Shown here: positions 27,871 through 36,119 of the stretch, one piece after another
How the letters are laid out: every line of letters begins with the position of its first letter
How positions within the stretch are numbered: position 1 is the first letter of the stretch
Origin: Acidobacterium sp.
GTDB taxonomy: Bacteria; Acidobacteriota; Vicinamibacteria; Vicinamibacterales; UBA2999
Reading direction: 5' to 3'
DNA length: 64,000 bases
NCBI GenBank assembly: GCA_002737365.1
Contig: NSIL01000005.1
Span: 54,399 to 118,398 of the forward strand
Position numbers and translations under genes: made by a program
Notes under the pieces: generated by a model
What the model saw: only the letters and a program-made list of their open reading frames with translations
The model's database searches: none
Told to the model about the DNA's origin: nothing

Positions 27871-28587
27871 TCAGCTCTTCTGTGGCCGTGAGGGTCTGAT
27901 TTCGACGCGGCTCGGCAGGCTGCGCGGCGGGTGGTTCAGCACCTCGACAATCGCCTGCGCGACGTCTTCCGGCAGCAGCTTCCAGTCCGCACCAAGGCTG
28001 CTTTCCCGTCCGCTAAATTCAGTCGCGACCGAGCCCGGCAGAATGTAGGTCACGCGGATGTGGTCGCGGCGCAGCTCCTGCATCAGCGCCTCGCTGAACG
28101 CGTTGAGGCCGGCCTTCGACGCGCAGTAGGCGGCGCCGCCAATGAACGGGTTCTTGCTGGCAAGGCTGCTGACGTTGACGATCCAGCCCGCGCCGCGCTG
28201 CTTCAGGAACGGAATCACCGCCTTGCAGCAGTTGAAGACGCCGGTGAGGTTGGTGCCGATGATGCGGTTCCACTCGTCGTGCGGCATCTCCGAAATCGGC
28301 ACGCCGACACCGACACCGGCGTTGTTGACCAGGACGTCGAGGCCGCCGAAGCGGGCGGCCGCCGTCTGCACGGCCAGCTCCACCGACGCCGAGTCACGCA
28401 CGTCACAGACCACGCCCTCGACCCGGCCCGGATCGCCGCACGCGGTCGCCAGGGCGTGTTCAGCGCGCATCACGCCATCGACGGAGGTGCCCGTGATGAC
28501 CACCTGCTCCCCGGCCCGCAGCAGCGCGTCTGCCAGGGCGTAGCCGATGCCTCGTGTGCCGCCGGTAATCAGGGTGACCCGTGCCAT
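27871..28587 (-). CDS. SDR family oxidoreductase
   Basis: TGGTRGIG, NNAG and catalytic YCASK. Start at ATG 28587 (MARVTLITGG). The ORF-track extension to 28773 is not coding-like. Confidence 0.8.
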   Translation of the reverse strand: MARVTLITGGTRGIGYALADALLRAGEQVVITGTSVDGVMRAEHALATACGDPGRVEGVVCDVRDSASVELAVQTAAARFGGLDVLVNNAGVGVGVPISEMPHDEWNRIIGTNLTGVFNCCKAVIPFLKQRGAGWIVNVSSLASKNPFIGGAAYCASKAGLNAFSEALMQELRRDHIRVTYILPGSVATEFSGRESSLGADWKLLPEDVAQAIVEVLNHPPRSLPSRVEIRPSRPQKS

Positions 28588-28590
28588 GCC

Positions 28591-28600
28591 TATAGAATAG
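28591..28600. promoter_or_regulatory. shared -10 heptamer TAGAATA serving divergent SDR (-) and LDH/MDH-like (+) genes, both apparently leaderless
   Basis: Plus strand: TAGAAT (28593-28598) plus 7 nt to GTG 28606. Minus strand: TATTCT (28599-28594) plus 6 nt to ATG 28587. The whole intergenic region is 18 bp. Confidence 0.45.
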
Positions 28601-28605
28601 TCCGC

Positions 28606-29451
28606 GTGTCGACGATCGTAATTCTCGGGGCCGGCGAAATCGGCGGGGCGCTGGCGCGCCAACTGGCCGCCACCGACCTGGTGTCGCGCCTCGTCCTGGT
28701 CGACGACCTCGGCACCGTCGCGGCCGGCAAGGCGCTCGATGTCGCGCAAGCAGGACCGGTGGATGGGTCTCACACGACCCTGTCGGGCACGAGCGATGTC
28801 GCGGCCGTGGTTGGGGCCACCCTGGTCGTCGTCGCCGACCGCGCCGGTCAGCCCGGTGGTGACTGGCAGGACGAAGCCGGCCTGGCGTTGTTGAAGCGGG
28901 TGACCGGCCTGAACCAGGTCGCACCCTTCTTGTGCGCGGGATCGGCGCAGGGTGGGCTAATCGAGCGCGGCGTCAATGAAGCCGGCATCGCCCGCACGCG
29001 GCTGTTCGGCACAGCGGCCGAGGCGCTGCGGTCGGCCGTGACGGCGATCACCGCTCTTGAAGCGAATGCGGCGCCATCGGATATTTCGCTGTCGGTGCTC
29101 GGTCGTCCACCACTGCAGGTGATCGTGCCATGGGACGAGGCGGCGATCGGCGGACGATCGATTCCCAAGGTGTTGTCGACCGCGCAGTTAGCGAGGCTCG
29201 ACGCGCGCGTCGCGCGCCTATGGCCGCCCGGCCCATACGCGTTGGCGTCGGCTGCCACGCGGATGATACGCACAGCGTTGACGCGCGGTCGACGCCTGCA
29301 CATGGCCATCGTTGCCGTCACCCGGGACGAAGGCACGCCCGGGCTCTCGGCGATCATGCCGGTCAGGTTGCAGCCCTCGGGCATCGCAACGTTCATCGCG
29401 CCGGCGCTGTCGTCACGCGACCGCGTCCGCTACGAGACATCGCTCCGTTAG
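28606..29451 (+). CDS. lactate/malate dehydrogenase-like protein lacking the catalytic His (probable pseudoenzyme)
   Basis: IVILGAGEIGGALA...LVLVDD Rossmann and GKALDVAQ. VLGRPP occupies the position of the canonical GGHGD. GTG 28606 after TAGAAT plus 7 nt. The ORF-track 5' extension is antisense to the SDR gene. Confidence 0.55.
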   Translation: MSTIVILGAGEIGGALARQLAATDLVSRLVLVDDLGTVAAGKALDVAQAGPVDGSHTTLSGTSDVAAVVGATLVVVADRAGQPGGDWQDEAGLALLKRVTGLNQVAPFLCAGSAQGGLIERGVNEAGIARTRLFGTAAEALRSAVTAITALEANAAPSDISLSVLGRPPLQVIVPWDEAAIGGRSIPKVLSTAQLARLDARVARLWPPGPYALASAATRMIRTALTRGRRLHMAIVAVTRDEGTPGLSAIMPVRLQPSGIATFIAPALSSRDRVRYETSLR

Positions 29452-30071
29452 AACGCTTCGGCCGGTCGGTGCATCGAGAGGCCGCCGGCAAAGTCTGCCA
29501 GGCGATCACGCAGCAGCAGGCGCCCACGGTGCAGCCGCGACTTCAGGGTTTGATCCTTCACCCGCAGCCGCAGGCTCGCCTCCTCGGTGGTCAGGCCCTT
29601 GATGTCGCGCAGGATCACCGGCTCGCGATAGATCGCAGGCAGGCCGTCCACGGCCTGGAAGAGACGGTCGCGCATCTGGCGGCGCAGCAGTAGCTCGTCG
29701 GCCAGGTTCGACCAATCGGCCCGCTCGTGAGCACGTGGTGCCGAGTCGTCTGCACCACCACCGGTCATTGGCAACTCAGGCACTTCCGCCATTCGCGCCG
29801 CGCGGGTGTGCCGCAGCCGCGACATGGCGGTGTTGAACGTGATGCGGTAGATCCATGACGACAGCGCCGAATCGCCACGAAACGCGTCGATCTTGCGGAA
29901 GACCTTCAGCAGGACGTCCTGCACCACTTCTTCGGCGTCCTCGCGGTTCTTGACGTAACGGAAGGCGAGCTGAAACATCCGCGCGCCGTAAAGGGAGGAC
30001 AAGTCGCCCAACGCGCTCTCGTCTTGAAGGCGCAGCCGTTGCACTAGTTCAAATTCAACTCGATCTTTCAT
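29448..30071 (-). CDS. ECF-type RNA polymerase sigma factor (sigma-70 family)
   Basis: 207 aa. Region 2 (EDAEEVVQDVLLKVF, SWIYRITFN) and region 4 (ILRDIKGLTTEEASLRLRVKDQTLKSRLHRGR). Confidence 0.8.
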   Translation of the reverse strand: MKDRVEFELVQRLRLQDESALGDLSSLYGARMFQLAFRYVKNREDAEEVVQDVLLKVFRKIDAFRGDSALSSWIYRITFNTAMSRLRHTRAARMAEVPELPMTGGGADDSAPRAHERADWSNLADELLLRRQMRDRLFQAVDGLPAIYREPVILRDIKGLTTEEASLRLRVKDQTLKSRLHRGRLLLRDRLADFAGGLSMHRPAEAF

Positions 30072-30119
30072 CTTGGGCAGTAGAACCCCGCCCCTGCCAA
30101 ACTTATTCCCGAGCCGGGT

Positions 30120-30761
30120 TCAGCCGGGCGAGTGTTCGAAAACGCCAGTAAAATGGCGGATAAACGCGTCTTCGACCTCGGCCATAGGGATCGGCCGGCC
30201 CAGCTGCAAGGCCAATGAGGTGACAGCCTTGTCGGCAATCCCGCAGGGTACGATCAGGTTGAAGAAGTCGAGGTCGGTGGTGACGTTGAACGCCAAGCCG
30301 TGGCTCGTGACCCATCGGGAGATACGTACGCCGATCGCGCCAATCTTCGCGTCGCCAACCCAGGCGCCGCTCATCCCCTTCACCCGCTCCGCGGCCACGC
30401 CATACTCGGCACAGACGCGCATCATCACCTCTTCCAAGTCGCGGACGTACTTGTGCACATCACGGCGATCCGGGTCGAGGTTGAGAATGGGATAGCCGAC
30501 CAGCTGGCCGGGGCCATGGTAGGTGACGTCGCCACCGCGCCCGGTTTCGAACACCTCGACGCCGCGCTCAGCCAGCACCTCGGCCGGCGCCAGAATATGT
30601 TGCCGGCCGTCTTTCTTGACGCCGATGGTGAGGACGTGGGGATGTTGCAGCAGAAGCAGCGTGTTGGGAATGCGGCCGGCCTTGCGGTCGTCGACCAGCG
30701 CGCGTTGCAGCTCGAGCCCCTCGGCATACGAGACGAGCCCGAGCCTGCGAACGTCAATCAC
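30120..30761 (-). CDS. lipB: octanoyltransferase
   Basis: RRLGLVSYAEGLELQ, LLLLQHPHVLTIG, RGGDVTYHGPGQLVGYPIL and KIGAIGVR. GTG 30761 lies 2 nt after the E2 stop. The ORF-track extension overlaps E2. Confidence 0.8.
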   Translation of the reverse strand: MIDVRRLGLVSYAEGLELQRALVDDRKAGRIPNTLLLLQHPHVLTIGVKKDGRQHILAPAEVLAERGVEVFETGRGGDVTYHGPGQLVGYPILNLDPDRRDVHKYVRDLEEVMMRVCAEYGVAAERVKGMSGAWVGDAKIGAIGVRISRWVTSHGLAFNVTTDLDFFNLIVPCGIADKAVTSLALQLGRPIPMAEVEDAFIRHFTGVFEHSPG

Positions 30762-30762
30762 C

Positions 30763-31995
30763 TCAGGCCTGCGCCGGGTCGAAGTTCTCGATGCCCTTCT
30801 TGACGTCGGACATGAACTGATCGGCCACCGCGCCATCGACGAGGCGGTGGTCGTAGCCAAGCGTCAGGAACCCCATCAGCCGAATGCCAATCGCATCGTC
30901 GACGACGACCGGACGCTTCTCGATCGTGCCGACGCCGAGAATGGCCACCTGCGGCTGGTTGATGATGGGCAGGCCGAACTGCGCGCCGAAGTTTCCCGGG
31001 TTGGTGATGGTGAAAGTGCCACCGTGCACTTCTTCAGGGTTCAGCTTCTTAGCGCGCGCGCGATCGGCAATGTCCTGGATGGCCTTTGACAGGCCCAGCG
31101 TGTTCTTCTCACCAGCGCCCTTGACCACCGGCACAATCAGGCCATGGTCGAGGGCCACGGCGATGCCGAGGTTGATGTCGTGGCGGTAGATGATGTTGTC
31201 GCCGTCGAGCGACGCGTTGATCACCCGGTGCTGGCGCAGGCAATCAACCACCACCTTGGCAATGAACGAGGTGAAGGTCAGCCTGGCGCCCGCGCGCTCG
31301 TAGTCGTCCTTCTTCGCCTTGCGAATCTGATCGACGCGCGAGTAGTTCACCTCGAAGACCGAGTAGACGTGCGCCGAGGTGCGCTTGCTGACCACCATGT
31401 GCTCGGCGATCTTCTTGCGCATGACCGACATTGGAACGACTTGATCAGCCAGGTCCCGAATTATTGGTTCGGGCCTGTCCTGAGCGAGCCGGTCACTCGC
31501 AACGCGAGTGGCCGGCGAGTCGAAGGACGGGGCGCTGCCACTCCCGATCAAGCTCAGAATGTCCTGCTTGGTGACGCGGCCGCCAATACCTGAACCCTGG
31601 ATGCGGCCAATGTCGAGGTTGTGTTCCTTCGCAATGCGACGGACCAGTGGTGACGACTTCTGGCGATCGTCGCTGGTCTCGAGTGCATCAGGTGCGTCAG
31701 GTGCATCAGGTGCGGCGGGTGCGGCAACTGCGGCGGGCGCGGCTTCTAGCTTTTCTCCCGCGGCGCCAATGGTGGCCACCACGCTATTGACCGGAACCGT
31801 CTCGCCTTCCTTCACTGCAATGTCCATCAACACGCCGGCGGCGGGCGATGGAATCTCGGCGTCCACCTTGTCGGTGGAAATCTCGAACAGCGGTTCGTCG
31901 CGATCGACGGCCTCGCCGACCTTCTTGATCCAGCGAACGATGGTGCCTTCGGCAATCGACTCGCCCATCTGCGGCATGACAACTGGTGTGGACAT
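30763..31995 (-). CDS. 2-oxoacid dehydrogenase E2 dihydrolipoamide acyltransferase (PDH/BCKDH type)
   Basis: 410 aa. Lipoyl domain (EISTDKVDAEIPSP), Ala/Pro/Asp linker, E3-binding PLVRRIAKEHNLD, and catalytic DHRLVDG. Confidence 0.8.
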   Translation of the reverse strand: MSTPVVMPQMGESIAEGTIVRWIKKVGEAVDRDEPLFEISTDKVDAEIPSPAAGVLMDIAVKEGETVPVNSVVATIGAAGEKLEAAPAAVAAPAAPDAPDAPDALETSDDRQKSSPLVRRIAKEHNLDIGRIQGSGIGGRVTKQDILSLIGSGSAPSFDSPATRVASDRLAQDRPEPIIRDLADQVVPMSVMRKKIAEHMVVSKRTSAHVYSVFEVNYSRVDQIRKAKKDDYERAGARLTFTSFIAKVVVDCLRQHRVINASLDGDNIIYRHDINLGIAVALDHGLIVPVVKGAGEKNTLGLSKAIQDIADRARAKKLNPEEVHGGTFTITNPGNFGAQFGLPIINQPQVAILGVGTIEKRPVVVDDAIGIRLMGFLTLGYDHRLVDGAVADQFMSDVKKGIENFDPAQA

Positions 31996-32013
31996 AAATG
32001 TGTCTCAAGCCTC

Positions 32014-33450
32014 TTAAAGATGAATCGCGGCGCCGTGCGCGGCGTGCGCGGCTTCACCCACCGCTTCCGACATGGTCGGGTGCGCGTGAATGGTCTTGAT
32101 CAACTCTTCAACGGTCACTTCCATGCGCAGGGCCATCACCGCTTCGGCGATGAGCTCGGTCGCGCGCGGACCGATGATGTGCACGCCCAGGATCTCGTCG
32201 TATTTCTTGTCGGCGACAATCTTCACGAAGCCGTCGGTGTCACCCGCCATGCGGGCGCGCGCCAGGGCGCGGAACGGGAACGTGCCGATGCGGACCTCGT
32301 GGCCCTGTTCCTTGGCCTGCGCCTCGGTCAGCCCGACGCTGCCAATCTCCGGCTCGGTGTAGGTGCAGCGCGGTACGTGGTCGTAGTTGATCGGCTGCAC
32401 GGCGTGGCCGGCAATCCGCTCCGCGAGCAGAATGCCTTCCATCGACGAGACATGCGCGAGCTGGTAGTGCGGGCCGCCCATCGTGATCACGTCGCCAATG
32501 GCCGAGATGCCTGGCACGTTGGTCTTGAACAGCGAATCGACGACCACGTAGCCGCGGTCCATCGTCAGGCCGACGGCCTCGGCGCCCAAGCCTTCGGTCA
32601 CCGGACCACGGCCCGTGGCGACCAGCAGCAGGTCGTAGCTCAGCTGCTGTGACTTGGCGTCAGCGCCCAGCACGTCGAGGTCGACGCCCCTGGCGCCCGA
32701 CCTGGCCGACGTCACCTTGGTGCCGGTCATCACTTTGATGCCGCGTTTCTTGAACGTGCGCTCGAGTTCTGCTGAGACGGCCTCGTCTTCACCCGGCACC
32801 AGCCGCGGCAGCAATTCGATCACGGTCACTTCGCTGCCGTAGCTCTTGAAAATCGACGCGAACTCGACGCCGACGGCACCGCTGCCCATGATGGCAATCG
32901 ACTTCGGCACGTACGGCAGGTGAATGGCTTCGTCGCTGAAGATGATGGTCTTGCGGTCGACGGCAATGCCCGGCACGCTACGCGGCGCCGATCCGGTGGC
33001 GACGATGATCTCATGGGTCGCGGTGAGGGACTGCCTGGTGCCATCGTGCAGCGTGACCTCGACACCTTGCTGGCCGCCTTGCAAGCCGGCGAGGCGCGCG
33101 GTGCCCTTGAGCCACTCGATCTTGTTCTTCTTGAACAGCATCTCGATGCCGCCGGTGAGGCCCGACACCATCTTGTCCTTGCGGGCGTGCACGGCAACCA
33201 TGTCGATGCCGACGCCGGCGCCGTCAATGCCGGTGAGGCCCCATTCCCTGGCGCTCTGCGCCACCTTCAGGGCATGCGCGTGTTCGAGCAGCGCCTTGGT
33301 GGGGATGCAACCCCAGATCAGGCAGGTGCCGCCGAGCGTCTGCTGCTTCTCAACGACCGCCACCTTGAGGCCCAACTGCGCCGCGCGGATCGCCGCCACG
33401 TAACCGCCGGTCCCCGCACCCACCACGACCACGTCGTATTCGTTCGCCAT
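32014..33450 (-). CDS. lpd: dihydrolipoyl dehydrogenase (E3)
   Basis: YDVVVVGAGTGGY, redox disulfide GGTCLIWGCIPTK and C-terminal HAHPTMSE. ATG 33450 has AAGGG upstream. An alternative ATG lies at 33474. Confidence 0.9.
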   Translation of the reverse strand: MANEYDVVVVGAGTGGYVAAIRAAQLGLKVAVVEKQQTLGGTCLIWGCIPTKALLEHAHALKVAQSAREWGLTGIDGAGVGIDMVAVHARKDKMVSGLTGGIEMLFKKNKIEWLKGTARLAGLQGGQQGVEVTLHDGTRQSLTATHEIIVATGSAPRSVPGIAVDRKTIIFSDEAIHLPYVPKSIAIMGSGAVGVEFASIFKSYGSEVTVIELLPRLVPGEDEAVSAELERTFKKRGIKVMTGTKVTSARSGARGVDLDVLGADAKSQQLSYDLLLVATGRGPVTEGLGAEAVGLTMDRGYVVVDSLFKTNVPGISAIGDVITMGGPHYQLAHVSSMEGILLAERIAGHAVQPINYDHVPRCTYTEPEIGSVGLTEAQAKEQGHEVRIGTFPFRALARARMAGDTDGFVKIVADKKYDEILGVHIIGPRATELIAEAVMALRMEVTVEELIKTIHAHPTMSEAVGEAAHAAHGAAIHL

Positions 33451-33523
33451 AACACCCTTGCCCACCGTAGCCATTTTGGCGGAGGAGGGAACCCCTCAAT
33501 GTCGCTCGAAATTGAACGGGAGG

Positions 33524-33760
33524 TCAAGGACGCTTTAATTGCGACAAGGGGACGAAAGTTTCCTGGTGGTTTGGCGCCGCCGGCGCCGCCGGATCGACCT
33601 TGGCCTTCAGTTCGCCGTGGTCGAACTTGAGCTGCCAGTACATCTCGGTGATCTGCGCCAGCTGTCGCGCGGTTCGTCGCGCGAGCGCATAGGCCACGAC
33701 CGCTACGACCAACGCCATCAACGCGACGATCATTGCACTTGTCATAGGACTCAGACCCAC
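33524..33760 (-). CDS. small single-pass membrane protein
   Basis: 78 aa. One helix (IVALMALVVAVVAYALA) followed by a charged tail. Heads the lpd-E2-lipB block. Confidence 0.4.
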   Translation of the reverse strand: MGLSPMTSAMIVALMALVVAVVAYALARRTARQLAQITEMYWQLKFDHGELKAKVDPAAPAAPNHQETFVPLSQLKRP

Positions 33761-33803
33761 CGGTGAACCCGGCTCGGGGTCAGACCTCGTTATACTCCAC
33801 TCA

Positions 33804-35186
<1,383 letters not shown>

Positions 35187-35212
35187 ATCCCCCGCCAGTC
35201 CGCGTGGGTCGC

Positions 35213-35518
35213 CTAGGTCGGCTTCTTCGGCAGAATCGCGTCCTTCAACTGCTTCACGATCCGCGCCTTGACGACGGTCTTGGGCGCGATCTCGATCGGC
35301 TGGCCAGTGGCCGGGTTACGCCCGGTACGCGCCTTACGGTGCTGCACCACCAGCTTCACCATGCCGGGGATCACGAACTCTCCGGTTCGCTTCAATTCCT
35401 TCTCGCACAGGATTGCCAGTTCGTCGAAGAATTCGCGCGACTGCGTGCGCTTGACGTCGAACCGTTCTGCAAAGTGCGAAAAGAGCTCCGACTTGCCCAT
35501 TCTTCGGGCTTCGTCCAT
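35213..35518 (-). CDS. HU/IHF family DNA-binding protein
   Basis: 101 aa. KSELFSHFAERF..., arm RKARTGRNPATGQPIEIAPKTVVK. Confidence 0.8.
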   Translation of the reverse strand: MDEARRMGKSELFSHFAERFDVKRTQSREFFDELAILCEKELKRTGEFVIPGMVKLVVQHRKARTGRNPATGQPIEIAPKTVVKARIVKQLKDAILPKKPT

Positions 35519-35642
35519 CGTGTCCCCCAGGGTCAGTGTTTAGCGGGCTGTATGCTAACCCCGACCATGGGGGCTGTCAATCGCCGCTAGTCCGCCACGC
35601 AGCTCATGATGGCGCTTGGCCACCAGCTTCATCTTTTTGCCG

Positions 35643-35648
35643 TAGACT
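35643..35648 (+). promoter_or_regulatory. -10 box TAGACT 7 nt upstream of the queF ATG
   Basis: CGTAGACTGATCATCATG. No Shine-Dalgarno sequence. Confidence 0.45.
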
Positions 35649-35655
35649 GATCATC

Positions 35656-36006
35656 ATGTCTACGACATCGACCATCGAGACGTTTCCCAACCCGCGGCCC
35701 GAGCGCGCATTCGAGATCGCGATCGACTGCCCAGAGTTTACGTCGATGTGCCCCAAGACGGGTCTCCCCGACTTCGGCGTCATCCGGATCCGCTACGTGC
35801 CGGCGGCCCGCTGCCTCGAACTGAAGTCTCTCAAATACTATCTGTTGGAGTTCCGGAACAAGGGAATTTTCTACGAGGCGGCCACCAACCAGATTCTGGA
35901 CGACCTCGTGGCGGCGTGCGCCCCGGTTCGAATGACCGTGATTGGCGACTTCACGGCCCGCGGCGGCATCACCACCAAGGTAACGGCGGAGTACACGACG
36001 GCTTGA
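35656..36006 (+). CDS. queF: NADPH-dependent 7-cyano-7-deazaguanine reductase (unimodular type)
   Basis: 116 aa from ATG 35656. Catalytic CPKTGLPDF and QueF motif ELKSLKYYL. TAGACT plus 7 nt upstream. Confidence 0.85.
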   Translation: MSTTSTIETFPNPRPERAFEIAIDCPEFTSMCPKTGLPDFGVIRIRYVPAARCLELKSLKYYLLEFRNKGIFYEAATNQILDDLVAACAPVRMTVIGDFTARGGITTKVTAEYTTA

Positions 36007-36034
36007 GGCTTGGGGCTTAGGGCTTGAGGGCCTA
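36000..36034 (+). repeat. tandem heptamer array GGCTTGA-GGCTTGG-GGCTTAG-GGCTTGA-GGGCCTA spanning the queF stop codon
   Basis: Read directly. The first 18 nt are identical to 42507-42524. Confidence 0.7.
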
Positions 36035-36119
36035 GAGCTGATGCCGGGCCGCGACTCCGGACGCCATCGACAACCCCGCGGCACCCCTTCTTTTTGGCGC
36101 CGGGATAAGATCGCGCATT

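Noticed and set aside
29448-30119. ECF sigma factor with a missing anti-sigma partner as a novel regulatory arrangement
   Set aside because: Orphan ECF sigma genes are common, and the partner may be encoded elsewhere. The upstream GGAATA...GGTTCT resemblance to ECF promoters is too weak to call.
36000-36034. CRISPR array or minisatellite interpretation of the heptamer repeats
   Set aside because: The units are 7 nt long with no spacers, there are only 4-5 copies, and no cas genes are present. I report it as a short tandem element instead.
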